Below, one piece after another: positions 22,743-32,869 of a stretch of 64,000 nucleotides of DNA. Origin of the DNA: Gammaproteobacteria bacterium (GTDB taxonomy: Bacteria; Pseudomonadota; Gammaproteobacteria; Ga0077536); contig CAXXLL010000002.1 of assembly GCA_963662545.2 (NCBI GenBank), positions 1,696,001-1,760,000 of the forward strand, read 5' to 3'. The first letter of the stretch is position 1. Each line of letters begins with the position of its first letter. Both the position numbers and the translations under genes were made by a program. The notes under the pieces are model-generated. The model ran no database searches. It was given only the letters and a program-made list of their open reading frames with translations, and was not told the origin of the DNA.

Positions 22743-23426
22743 TCAGGCCCTGCCGACTTCGCGGGCGAACCAGTGCTCGACCAGGCCGAAGTGGGTGGCG
22801 AGATTGTCGACGCCGGGACGCCACGGGTTCTCGCCGGTGCGGTGGCGGCTCCAGCGCTGCCACTGCCAGCCGTCGAAAGCGTCGTTCGAGATGGCGGCGA
22901 TGGGCCTTCCGTCGGCGCGCGCGAGTCCCGGGTGGACGTAGACCATGTCGATCTGTGTGTCCGGGTAGCCGGACTCGATACGGACGTTCACGTCGGCTTG
23001 ATGGCACTGGTAGCCGGGCGGGATGGGAAAGTCGTATAGGACGACCCGCAGGACGCCGCCTTCGGCAACGAGCTCGAACCGGTGCGGCGAGCCCTCGAGC
23101 CACTCGAGGTCCTCCTCGGGTAGGACGAACTCCCGGCGTCCGCCGAAGCCCTCGGTCTGGTCGAGCGGCAGGGTCACGAAGCGCTCGACGCCGGGCTTGC
23201 TGAGGTCGATCTTCTCGTCGAGATCGAGCCGGTCCGGATGCCCGCCCTTCACCTTGAGATAGATGCCGAAGCGCTCGGCCGGCTTCTTGCCGGCGAGTTC
23301 GAGGAGCTCGCGCCCGGTCATGAGCGGGACGGGAGCCTCGAAGAAGTCCTTGTCGATCTGGACTTTGAAGTGCTGGTCGGGAACGGCGATGGTGTCGCCG
23401 GGCTTGTCGTTGCGATCCTTGGTCAT
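22743..23426 (-). CDS. Multiubiquitin (Ubl) plus prokaryotic E2 (family E-like) fusion
   Basis: Ubl motif TGRELLELAG ending in DQTEG; E2 motifs PPGY, GYPDTQIDM, WQRWSRH and W-x-P-x-x-D. Confidence 0.85.
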   Translation of the reverse strand: MTKDRNDKPGDTIAVPDQHFKVQIDKDFFEAPVPLMTGRELLELAGKKPAERFGIYLKVKGGHPDRLDLDEKIDLSKPGVERFVTLPLDQTEGFGGRREFVLPEEDLEWLEGSPHRFELVAEGGVLRVVLYDFPIPPGYQCHQADVNVRIESGYPDTQIDMVYVHPGLARADGRPIAAISNDAFDGWQWQRWSRHRTGENPWRPGVDNLATHFGLVEHWFAREVGRA

Positions 23427-23488
23427 GGGTCGGTTCCTTCGGTTGTTGGCTGCGGTCCTACCCCCTTATGCTGGCGAGAGCGGGCGTC

Positions 23489-23527
23489 GCGGACACGGGG
23501 GCACTTTTTTTTCGTGGCGATGTCCGC
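23489..23527. promoter_or_regulatory. Inverted repeat GCGGACA-N25-TGTCCGC in the divergent intergenic region
   Basis: Seen directly between the two divergent units; function inferred. Confidence 0.4.
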
Positions 23528-23581
23528 AGACAGGCGTTTGGTGCGCATTGGAGGAGTAGGAACGGACCGCAAGCAGTCGCA

Positions 23582-24160
23582 ATGGGGCTAGTGCAACGGA
23601 AAATGGCGACGCCGAAAGAGTGCGCTGCAGCGCTGCGGAAGCTCAGCGATAAGGATTTAGGGCGACTGGACAAGGCGGCGCAGCTACGCGCGACAGGGTT
23701 GGCGAACGTGGAAGGACGCGACCTACGGAACGAGGCGATCGCGCGGATGCTGGAAGGGCGGCGGCAGTGGCCGCAGGGCGTGGCGCTGGACGTTTTCCTG
23801 CTGGAGACGATGCGAAGCATCGCTAGTGATTATCGGCGGCGGCAGAAATCGGCGCGGGTGGTCGCGGAGTCCGAGGTCCGGGCGGATTCGGAGACCGGCG
23901 ACGGCGCGATAGCAACGGCGGGGGACGTGTCGATGGCGCCGGAAGCCCGGACAGCCGCGGCGGAAACGCTAGCGCGGATCGACTCGCTGTTCAGTGAAGA
24001 CGCCGACGCGCAGGCGGTCATCGCCGGCAAGGCAAAAGGCATGTCACCGGCCGAAATTCAGAAGGAGCACGCGATGGACGAGACAAGATACGCGACGACC
24101 CTGCGCCGGATCCGGCGCGGCGTGGCTGGCTTGTCCACAGAAGGAGGGGAGCAAGCATGA
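23582..24160 (+). CDS. Sigma-70/ECF-like factor
   Basis: Region 2-like DLRNEAIARMLEGRRQW; region 4 HTH GMSPAEIQ...LRRIRR. Confidence 0.7.
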   Translation: MGLVQRKMATPKECAAALRKLSDKDLGRLDKAAQLRATGLANVEGRDLRNEAIARMLEGRRQWPQGVALDVFLLETMRSIASDYRRRQKSARVVAESEVRADSETGDGAIATAGDVSMAPEARTAAAETLARIDSLFSEDADAQAVIAGKAKGMSPAEIQKEHAMDETRYATTLRRIRRGVAGLSTEGGEQA

Positions 24161-24543
24161 GCGAAAAGCGGAACGCGCTCGAGCGTCTCGAGGCGCTGTT
24201 GAGGGGTCTCGAAGACGAGGTGATGCGCAGTGAAGGGTGCGTCGGCACGGACGTGGCGGCGATGAGGGCAGAGATCGAGGCGCTGATCGAGAAGCATGTC
24301 GGCGCCACGGGGTCGGCGGAAGCTCCGGTGTCTCGGACGGGAGACGCCAAGGGCAAGGTGAGCGGCGTCGTAGAACTGCTCGGCCGGTGGGCCGGGATGG
24401 GCCAGAGCGGAGTGCGGGGGGCGCTGGCGCCGAGGGTGAGGATGGCGTTCTCCGGAACGAAGCCGAAGCAGGACGATCGGGGGAGGGGGCACCCGAGGGG
24501 CGTCGGCGATGGCGGGGACCGCCAGGGGGAAAAGGAGGACTAG
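24157..24543 (+). CDS. Small hypothetical protein coupled to the sigma gene (anti-sigma-like?)
   Basis: ATGA overlap; helical N-terminus. Confidence 0.55.
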   Translation: MSEKRNALERLEALLRGLEDEVMRSEGCVGTDVAAMRAEIEALIEKHVGATGSAEAPVSRTGDAKGKVSGVVELLGRWAGMGQSGVRGALAPRVRMAFSGTKPKQDDRGRGHPRGVGDGGDRQGEKED

Positions 24544-24616
24544 CGCGAGTCGACGGGCGCGGTGGTGCGAGCGTGGTCGTTAACGGGATGCGGCAGGTGG
24601 ACGCGGTGGAGCAGCA

Positions 24617-25981
24617 ATGACGTCGGAAGTGGTGGTCATGAATCGGCTGGGCGTAGCGCTGGCCGCCGACAGCGCCGTCACGGTCGACATGGGTCAAAGC
24701 TCGAAGGTGCGGGACTCGGCGCTGAAGGTCTTCATGCTCTCGAAGTACCGGCCCGTGGGCGTGATGGTGTACAACAACGCGTCGCTCCTAGGGGTGCCCC
24801 TGGAGACGGCGATCAAGGTGTTCAGGCAGGTGCTGGGACGGAACGGCTACCCGAAGCTCCACGAGTATGGGGACGCGTTCGTCGAGTACCTGAACTCGAA
24901 CCGCTCGTTGTTCCCGCAGGCGGTCCAGGACAGGTACTTCGTCGCCGCGTTGGAGGTCGAATACGAACGCATAGCGGAGTTCGTGGAGAAGGCGCTCGCG
25001 AGCGGGGTCTACGGTCCGGAGGACGAAGAAAGTCAAGAGACGGCGGTCGAAACGGCGGACCGGATCATCGCTGAACGGCTGGCGTTCTGGGAGAGCCAGA
25101 GCGACGCGGATTACTTTGACGCGGATTACTTTGAGGTGAGCGCAGAGGACGTCGTCGGGCGGAACTCCGGCAACGTGCTCGACGTGATCAATCGGAAGTT
25201 CCTCGGCTGGACCGCCGTGAGCGACGAGGCGCGACAGCACCTGTACGAGATTGCGAAGTACCTCGTGTGTAAGGACCACTTCCCGCCGGATGTTTTGACC
25301 GGTCTCGTGATCGCCGGATTCGGCGGGGAGGAGCACTTCCCGGTGGTTCAGCACTTGGAGTTTGGCGGGATATACGACAACCGGCTCAAGGTGCGGCCGG
25401 CGACTTTGCACGAGGTTTCCGACGACGTACCGTCCGAGGTATTGGCGTTCGCGTACCAGGACATGGTGGACGGGTTTCTCGACGGGATTTCTCCGGATGT
25501 GTTCGAACATCTGGGGGACGCTGCCGCCTTCATCCGGGAGATGCCCGTGGTGGCCCTGGACGCGGTGGAAGGGATTGCGCCGGAAGCTAAGGAAAAAGCA
25601 GCGGAGATCATCCGGCAGGAGAGCGTGAGGAAGGCGGGAGACTTCGCACGCGGCGTTCTTCGCGGTGCGGAGGAGAGACGCGGGCAGATCGAGCAGGCAG
25701 TGGAGGCCTTGTCGCTGAAGGAGCTGGCGCAAGTCGCGTCGACCTTGGTGGGTCTGAGTTCGTTCGAGCATCAGATGTCCCTGGATCGGGAGACGGTCGG
25801 TGGACCTGTGGACGTGGCCGTTATCTCGAAAGGAGACGGATTCATCTGGATGGACCGCAAGCACTATTTTCGGCGGGAGCTGAATAGCCATTTTTTTCGG
25901 AGATATTTCGATGGTGCGGCGCCCGAGAGTGACGATGATCCAGTGGGGGACGACGAGGAGGAGATGTCGGATGGCGAATGA
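24617..25981 (+). CDS. Proteasome-beta-like Ntn-hydrolase protein with a large helical insert
   Basis: M-T1...ALAAD17S...K36VF and C-terminal TVGGPVDVAVIS. Confidence 0.75.
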   Translation: MTSEVVVMNRLGVALAADSAVTVDMGQSSKVRDSALKVFMLSKYRPVGVMVYNNASLLGVPLETAIKVFRQVLGRNGYPKLHEYGDAFVEYLNSNRSLFPQAVQDRYFVAALEVEYERIAEFVEKALASGVYGPEDEESQETAVETADRIIAERLAFWESQSDADYFDADYFEVSAEDVVGRNSGNVLDVINRKFLGWTAVSDEARQHLYEIAKYLVCKDHFPPDVLTGLVIAGFGGEEHFPVVQHLEFGGIYDNRLKVRPATLHEVSDDVPSEVLAFAYQDMVDGFLDGISPDVFEHLGDAAAFIREMPVVALDAVEGIAPEAKEKAAEIIRQESVRKAGDFARGVLRGAEERRGQIEQAVEALSLKELAQVASTLVGLSSFEHQMSLDRETVGGPVDVAVISKGDGFIWMDRKHYFRRELNSHFFRRYFDGAAPESDDDPVGDDEEEMSDGE

Positions 25982-26249
25982 GCGGGACAGAAATAGGCCG
26001 GTGCGGGGGAAACCGGATCGGCCAGGTGGCGAGGGACAGGCGATGGCGTTCGAGAAGCTGGTTCGCAGGGCTCCGCAGTTCCGAGGCTTGGCCAAGGTAG
26101 CTCAAGGCGACGAAGAAAAGCTTACCGCATCACAGAAGAAGTTCCTGAACGAGTTCACCGTGGGTCTGGCCAAAGGCGTGGGGGAGAGCGAATCCCAGCA
26201 GGATGCCACGACTGAAGTGGGAACCGGGAAGCGAACCCAGGGACGCTAG
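25971..26249 (+). CDS. Small hypothetical protein overlapping the end of the Ntn gene
   Basis: 92-aa ORF overlapping the upstream stop. Confidence 0.4.
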   Translation: MANERDRNRPVRGKPDRPGGEGQAMAFEKLVRRAPQFRGLAKVAQGDEEKLTASQKKFLNEFTVGLAKGVGESESQQDATTEVGTGKRTQGR

Positions 26250-26599
26250 TAGCTAGGGTGGTTCGTCGCTCGGCGGGACCGGGTACCGAGTGATTCCGCA
26301 CATGGTGCGGCAAACTGGACGTGTTCGTCCTCCTGACCCGGCGCTGGCGGTGAGACCTTGCAGAACCTAGCGGGCCGCGCTTGGTTGCGGAAACGAAGTC
26401 CGGAAATCACCATATGACTTGACGCGTTTTCCGGGCAATCGGGATGACGACTTGCCGATAGGCTACTCCCGCTCGCGCCCGTCGCGGCCGTACGCCCGCG
26501 AATTCCCCTTGCGAAGTGGGTCCACCGAGCGGCCACCATTGGCTAACGGCGTCAACGTGCCACCTCTTCTGCCTCGTGGGACGGTCGGTCAGGATGGCA

Positions 26600-26818
26600 A
26601 TCAGGAGTGTTTGCCCGCCCTGGTGTACCGTGCCGAGCTGTAGGACACACGGTGAGGTCCAGCCGGCATCGAGGTTCGGCGGGCACGCCGCCGACTCCTT
26701 GAGCGACGTCGTGCAGGCGTACATCGACGCGGGCTTCCGCTGGGTTTGCCTCACCGAACGCATGGCGCCGCACCGGCGGGATCTGATTGCCGCCGACGAG
26801 GCTCCGCTCGATGTGGAG
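26600..26818 (+). pseudogene. PHP/HisJ histidinol-phosphatase N-terminal remnant cut by IS6
   Basis: HAADSLSDVVQAYIDAGFRWVCLTE resembles a PHP domain start. Confidence 0.5.
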
Positions 26819-27623
26819 GGCATAGTTAGAGTAAATCGTCTTGAGCCACCCATTGAGGTCTTCTAGCCTGTAGGAATGCAAAATCGCTTCCGCTATTTCA
26901 ACAGTGCGCCCGAGGTCATTCGCCTCGCGGTGATGTTGTACATCCGCTATCCGCTTTCGTTGCGCCAAGTTGAAGACATTCTGTTCGAACGGGGCATCGA
27001 CATCTGCCACGAGGCGGTGCGGTACTGGTGGAACCGCTTTGGTCCCCTGTTTGCAGCTGAGATCCGGAAACGCCGCGTTCATCATGGATCCTATTCGAAC
27101 TGGCGCTGGCATCTTGATGAGGTGTTTGTCCGGGTTAACGGCGAGATACATTATCTATGGCGCGCTGTCGATCATGAAGGAGAGGTACTCGAGGCTTTTG
27201 CCACGAAACAGCGGGATCGCAGAGCGGCACTGAGGTTTCTGAAACGCGCAATGAAGCGCTACGGCCGGCCAAAGGTGATCGTGACGGACCGGCTCAAATC
27301 ATACCGGGCTGCGATGAATGTGATCGGCAATACCGTCGCTCAGACTTGCGGTCGGTGGCTCAACAATAGAGCAGAAAACTCACATCAGCCCTTTCGGCGA
27401 CAAGAAGGGGCAATGGCCAGGTTCAGGGACATCAAGACCCTGCAGAAATTTGTTGCCGCCCACGCCTCGGTCCACAGTCATCCCAATCAGGAACGTCATC
27501 TTTACAGTCGCGAGGACTTCAAACTCGATCGTTCCGCCGCTTTGGCCGAGTGGCGTCGACTTGCAGCCTGAGAGACCTCAATTGTTGGCTCTACTGCTCC
27601 GATCAACTCAGTCTGACAACGCC
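26819..27623 (+). mobile_element. Full-length IS6-family element (transposase 26876-27571)
   Basis: GGCATAGTTAGA / TCTGACAACGCC ends; 231-aa ORF with WHLDE, VTD and NNRAE. Confidence 0.92.
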
Positions 27624-27816
27624 CGTGGCAGATGTCGATGCCACGTTCGAACAGAATGTCTTCAACTTGGCGCAACGAAAGCGGATAGCGGATGTACAAC
27701 ATCACCACGAGGCGAATGACCTCGGGAGAACTGTTGAAATAACGGCAGGGATTTCGCATCGCTTGAGGCTACGGAACTCCCCTTCCCGGCTCAAGCCGAT
27801 TTACTCTGACAAAGCC
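27624..27816 (-). mobile_element. IS6-family left-end fragment
   Basis: MRNPCRYFNSSPEVIRL...; IR ends at 27816. Confidence 0.8.
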
Positions 27817-27877
27817 CATAGACGCACAAGCCGATGGACGACGTTCCCTCTCTTAATGCACATATATAATCCTCTCC

Positions 27878-28271
27878 ATGGCGGAGGACCCTCAGTTCGG
27901 CATCGGAGACGCGACGTTTCAAGCCGCGGGCGGTGAAGCAGGCATTTGTGCCCTGGTCGATACGTTCTACGACATCATGTCATCCGATCTCCAGTATCGA
28001 ACGATCCGTTCTTGGCATCCCGATGATAACCGCGTTTCCCGAGACAAATTAGCGCGTTTCTTGTGTGGTTGGATGGGTGGGCCACGTCGTTACACTGAGA
28101 AGTATGGCCCGATCAGTATCCCTCGCGTTCACGCACATCTGGACGTCACCGAAAAGGAGCGCGATGACTGGCTCGGCTGCATGGCGAAGGCGCTCGCAAA
28201 ACAGGCGTATTCACCGAGCCTCATTGCCTATCTGTTGGAGCAGTTAGCCGTACCGGCGGAAGCCGTAAGGG
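27878..28271 (+). pseudogene. Group II truncated hemoglobin with its C-terminus replaced by IS6-derived DNA (about 28272-28373)
   Basis: GGEAGICALVDTFY, FLCGWMGGP and HAHL motifs. Confidence 0.75.
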
Positions 28272-28444
28272 GGCTTTGGTCCGTTGTTTGGCGCCGAGAT
28301 CCGGACACGCCGCATTCATCATGGATCCTATTCGAACTGGCGCTGGCACCTTGATGAGGTGTTCGTACGGGTCTGTAAATAGGCATCGAAAACTGACCCA
28401 CTATCGGCGTCGAATATTGACCCACCCAGAAATGGTTTTTTGCA

Positions 28445-29176
28445 TTAATCTGTGTGCTTGATTCTCCAACTGTCGTTGCCTGTTTCGATGATGTCGCAGT
28501 GATGTGTTACTCGATCCAGCAGTGCGGTCGTCATTTTCTTGTCGCCAAAGACCGCTGGCCATTCACCGAAGGCCAGGTTGGTGGTGATGATGACCGAGGT
28601 GCGTTGATAAAGATGAGAGAGCAGGTGGAAAACGAGCTGGCCGCCATTCTTTGAAAATGGCAGATAACCGAGTTCATCGAGCACCACCAGTTCGGTGTAT
28701 TTAGCCAGTCGATCGGCAAGACGACCGCCTTTGCCGTTGAGTTTTTCCTGTTCGAGCGGGTTGGCCAGATCAACCCGGTTGAAAAACTTGGCCCGATAGC
28801 CGGATCGCACAGCCTGCGAGGCGATGGCGGTTGCCAAATGCGTTTTACCGGTACCCGTGCCGCCGACAAAAACAATGTTGCGGTGTTCCTCGATAAAGTC
28901 GCCACCGTAGAGGCTCTTGATCTGCGTCTCTTCGACGGAGAGCTTGTCGAACTCGAAGCTGTCCAGATCTTTGGACACTGGGAATCGTGCCTGCGTCATG
29001 CGGTAACGAATCGATCGTGCCTGACGCTCACGGACCTCGATCTCGAAGAGTTGCTCGATGACGGTCTCGGTCGTTTGCTTACGCTTGCGGGCGGTGGCGA
29101 GGACCTCATCATAGGCTTTCGGGATCGCCACAAACTTCAGGGACTTCATCAGCCCCATCACATAATCACGCGACAT
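28445..29176 (-). CDS. istB: IstB ATPase
   Basis: [24 protein letters not shown]. Confidence 0.9.
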   Translation of the reverse strand: MSRDYVMGLMKSLKFVAIPKAYDEVLATARKRKQTTETVIEQLFEIEVRERQARSIRYRMTQARFPVSKDLDSFEFDKLSVEETQIKSLYGGDFIEEHRNIVFVGGTGTGKTHLATAIASQAVRSGYRAKFFNRVDLANPLEQEKLNGKGGRLADRLAKYTELVVLDELGYLPFSKNGGQLVFHLLSHLYQRTSVIITTNLAFGEWPAVFGDKKMTTALLDRVTHHCDIIETGNDSWRIKHTD

Positions 29177-30608
29177 GGACCCCCTCCTTCCTGAAGCGGT
29201 CATAACGGGCGCAGTCTGCAACCGGCGGTTCGTTGAGTTCCAGGTGGGCCGGGATGGTGACGATTTCGGGACTGGCTTCCTCATGTTGGCGGGCCAGCAG
29301 GTTGATGATGACGTCGCGGCTCACCGAGCCGTTGCTCCGTGCCTCGTTGCAAGCATCGGCAACGGCATCCAGGCCATAGCCTGGTAGGCAGGCGAGGATG
29401 TCGACCAGTTGCCGATCCCAGTCGGGATAATGCTTCAGCCGCTGCCAGGTGCGATGAATGGAGCGGGGCAGATCCCAGTCCTTGAACGGTGCGCCGTTGC
29501 GTAACGCTCCGGGCTTCTTCTGCAGCACCGGCAGGTAATGCCACGGGTCGAAGATCATTTGATCGCGCTGGAAGCAGCGTGAATGCTGGGCCACGCACTC
29601 GCCACCGTGCATCACCACGATCTTGTCGGCATAGCTTCTGAGCTCAGCGGTCCGACCGGGCGCTTTGCAAGCGACGCTGTAGCGATTGCGGTCAAAACTC
29701 ACCAGCGAGGTTGAACTGACGCGCACGGTACGTTCGGCATAACCGTCAAAGGCCCGTGGCAATGTCAGTAACGAAGGTCGTTCAGACACAAAGACGGACC
29801 ATACTGTCTGATCCTTGAGGACTGGGTGACGCTGATTCTTCACCCACTGCAGGCACTCCGCCCGTAGTGCGTGGTTGAGATCATCGAGGCTCGCGGCTTT
29901 GCGCGTGGGCGTGAACAATCGCCGTCGGACCGTGCGCACCTGGTTCTCCACCTGACCTTTCTCCCAGCCCGCGGCCGGCGTACAGGCCACCGGCTCAAAA
30001 AGGTAATGACTGGCCAGTTCCTCGAAGCGGCGGTTGAAGTCGCGTTCCTTGCCTCGCAGGATGCGGCACACGGCCGTCTTCATGTTGTCGTAAATGCCGC
30101 GCCGGGTGACGCCACCGAAAAACTCGAAGGCTCTGCGATGGGCATCGAACACCATCTCCTGTGACTCGCGAAGATAAGCGACGGTCAGGAACAGTCGGCT
30201 GTGACACAAGCGGAGGTGGGCAATCTTCACGTCGGTCATGGCCCCGGCAAAGACGATCTTCTCGTGGCTCCAGTCAAACTGGAAGGCCTCGCCGGGCTCG
30301 AATACGAGTGGGATGTAGGCGTCGGTAGGACTTCCCTGATGTTCTGCCCGCCAGTTCTTCACAAAACGACGCACGCTATCGTAAGCACCGCGGTAACCTT
30401 CGGCCTGCAGTGCCTCGTAGTAACCTTGCGCTGTACGCCGTTGCTTCAACGGCAGAGGCTGATCGTGCTTCAACAACGTCGTCAATGTATCGATAAACGG
30501 ACCGAGCTTGGGTCGGTGCACCGTAACCGGTCAATCCAGGCCGTTATTCACGGTCTCGGGCAGATGGTTTAGTTTGCCAGGTTTCCCAGTCAATCGGGAG
30601 CTTGGTAA

Positions 30609-30899
30609 ATGAATGATCACGGAAAACCTCGGAACAAACGACGTAGTGCGGATGAGTGGCGTGGCCTATTAGCGGAGCAGGCACAAAGCGGTTCATCGAT
30701 CCGCGCATTCTGTGCTGAGCGAGGAATTGGATATTCGACGTTCAGTAAAAGGAAGTCGAGGTCAGCGAGGGACGCTCAGATAGGGAAGGCGGAAACACGT
30801 TTCGTCGAGTTGGCCCCGTTACAACCATTAACCAATGCACAATGGGATATCGAGTTAGCGCTCGGTGATGACATCGTGCTACGTGTGTCACGGCACTGA
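30609..30899 (+). CDS. tnpA: IS66 accessory protein TnpA
   Basis: HTH SGSSIRAFC...; FVEL. Confidence 0.8.
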   Translation: MNDHGKPRNKRRSADEWRGLLAEQAQSGSSIRAFCAERGIGYSTFSKRKSRSARDAQIGKAETRFVELAPLQPLTNAQWDIELALGDDIVLRVSRH

Positions 30900-31267
30900 T
30901 GTGGTCGCCCCCATCGGGTTTGCGTATATGGTTATGTCGGGCACCGACTGATATGCGTCAATCGTTCCATGGTTTATCGGCGTTGGTGCGGCAGGCGTTA
31001 CACGAGGAGCCCCTCGATGGGGCACTGTACGTTTTCGTCAATCGCCGGCGTACGTTATTAAAAGCGCTGTACTTTGAGTCGGACGGATATTGTCTGTGGA
31101 GTAAGAAACTCGAACGCGGTCAGTTCCAGGTTCGGTGGAATAGCGAGGTCAAACAGCGGCTGCAACGCAGCGAATGGCAGTGCATTATTGAAGGGATCGA
31201 TCTACGCTCAGTGCGTCGATTAAAACGGTTTCGATTACCGGAAAACGATCGACGGTCAGCAGTGTAA
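30899..31267 (+). CDS. tnpB: IS66 accessory protein TnpB
   Basis: PTDMRQSFHGL, KKLERGQF. Confidence 0.9.
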   Translation: MWSPPSGLRIWLCRAPTDMRQSFHGLSALVRQALHEEPLDGALYVFVNRRRTLLKALYFESDGYCLWSKKLERGQFQVRWNSEVKQRLQRSEWQCIIEGIDLRSVRRLKRFRLPENDRRSAV

Positions 31268-31285
31268 ACGGTACAATACGTACCC

Positions 31286-32869
31286 ATGAATGGGGGTTAT
31301 GCAACGCCGGAAATATCACTTGATGCGGCGGTGTTACAAGCGGAAAACACAGCCCTCAAAACGCAGGTCGCCACACTCACCCAACAACTCGACTGGTTCA
31401 AACGCCAACTGTTCGGTCGCAAGTCTGAACGGCGGCTGATTGATCCCAATCCCGATCAACGGTTACTCAATGGCTTCGAGGATGAGTCGTCATCGACGGC
31501 GGCGGTTGAGAAAGAAACGATCACTTATCAGCGGCGCAAAGGAAAGCGCCGTGGCGATGATTGTGTGACTGATCAAGGGTTACGTTTCGATGACTCGGTG
31601 CCGATTGAATGCATCCAATTGTCGGTACCTGAAGATGTCGCGGATGCGTTTGAAGCGAGCAGTGAAAAGATCACCTATCGTTTAGCGCAACGGCCGGCGG
31701 CCTATGTGGTCTTGAAGTACATCCAACCGGTAGTGAAGCGCAAAAGCGACGGTCAGATCTTCACGATCCCGGCGCCCGATGGTCTGTGGTCCGGCTCATT
31801 GGCGGATGTGAGTGTGGTTGCGGGGATGCTGGTTGATAAGTTCGCTTATCACCTGCCGCTGTACCGTCAACATCAACGAATGGGGCTGAACGGCATTACC
31901 GTGGCGCGGTCGAGTCTGACGCACTGGGTGCAGAAGGCAAGTGACCTGTTGAAGCCGATTTATCTGGCGCAGTTGCGGCATATCTTGTTATCGAAGACGC
32001 TGGCGATGGATGAAACGCCGATTAAGGCGGGTCGCTCGGGCAAGGGCAAGATGAACGCGGCGTGGTATTGGCCAATTTATGGCGAAGCGGATGAGATTGC
32101 GTTCACGTTTGCGCGAACCAAGGCGCGGTCGCACATCGACAAAACGTTGGTGGACTTTAAAGGCACCTTACTAACCGATGGCGCCGCGGCTTATGCGCGT
32201 TTTGCCGCCGATCGCGGCGATGAAGTCGTGCATGCGCAATGCTGGGCGCACACGCGTCGTCAGTTCGAAAGGGCATTATCCGATAGGCCACAAAGTGCGG
32301 CGCAGGCACTTGATTTGATCGCGGCACTGTATGCCGTTGAGGCCACCATCCGTGACCAGGCAATGGATGAAGCGGCGACCCAGACCTACCGCAGCCGGTA
32401 CGCCTTGCCTGCGGTTGATGCATTTTTTGCCTGGCTTGACGAGCAACGCCAGTGCATGGGTTTATTACCGAGTCAGCCGTTTACGAAGGCGCTGGCCTAT
32501 GCAGCCGAGCGTGAGGGCGCGTTACGTGTTTACTTATCGGATGCGAGCGTCGCGATCGACACGAATCATTTAGAGCGCGCTCTGAGACCCATTCCGATGG
32601 GCCGAAAGAATTGGATGTTCTGTTGGACTGAGGTGGGCGCTGAACACGTTGGGATCATACAAAGTTTGATCTGTACTTGCCGAATACACGGCATTAATCC
32701 GTACACCTACCTGGTTGATGTACTCCAGAGGATCGCGATCCATCCGGATAGCGCAGTGGAACAACTCACGCCTCGGGTGTGGAAGACATTGTTCGCTACC
32801 CAACCGCTGCGTTCTAACTTGGCCGTCGTTACCGCAACACGAGATCAATTACCAGACGCCGCCGTTTGA
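31286..32869 (+). CDS. tnpC: IS66 transposase TnpC
   Basis: HLPLYRQ, MDETP, CWAHTRR, DTNHLER. Confidence 0.93.
   Translation: MNGGYATPEISLDAAVLQAENTALKTQVATLTQQLDWFKRQLFGRKSERRLIDPNPDQRLLNGFEDESSSTAAVEKETITYQRRKGKRRGDDCVTDQGLRFDDSVPIECIQLSVPEDVADAFEASSEKITYRLAQRPAAYVVLKYIQPVVKRKSDGQIFTIPAPDGLWSGSLADVSVVAGMLVDKFAYHLPLYRQHQRMGLNGITVARSSLTHWVQKASDLLKPIYLAQLRHILLSKTLAMDETPIKAGRSGKGKMNAAWYWPIYGEADEIAFTFARTKARSHIDKTLVDFKGTLLTDGAAAYARFAADRGDEVVHAQCWAHTRRQFERALSDRPQSAAQALDLIAALYAVEATIRDQAMDEAATQTYRSRYALPAVDAFFAWLDEQRQCMGLLPSQPFTKALAYAAEREGALRVYLSDASVAIDTNHLERALRPIPMGRKNWMFCWTEVGAEHVGIIQSLICTCRIHGINPYTYLVDVLQRIAIHPDSAVEQLTPRVWKTLFATQPLRSNLAVVTATRDQLPDAAV

Noticed and set aside
21448-22941. 497-aa plus-strand ORF (likewise 15824-17395, 24788-26095, 57014-58237)
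   Set aside because: Shadow ORFs of well-supported high-GC genes; no recognisable motifs.
22738-23103. N-terminal extension of the E1 ORF in the provided track
   Set aside because: It overlaps the Ubl-E2 gene and is Arg-rich junk; the GTG at 22737 fits better.
25103-25132. 15-bp tandem duplication (DADYF x2) in the Ntn gene
   Set aside because: In-frame slippage within the insert region; no evidence of function.
30899-31267. IS66 TnpB as an RNA-guided TnpB nuclease
   Set aside because: Name coincidence only; 122 aa with no RuvC motifs.
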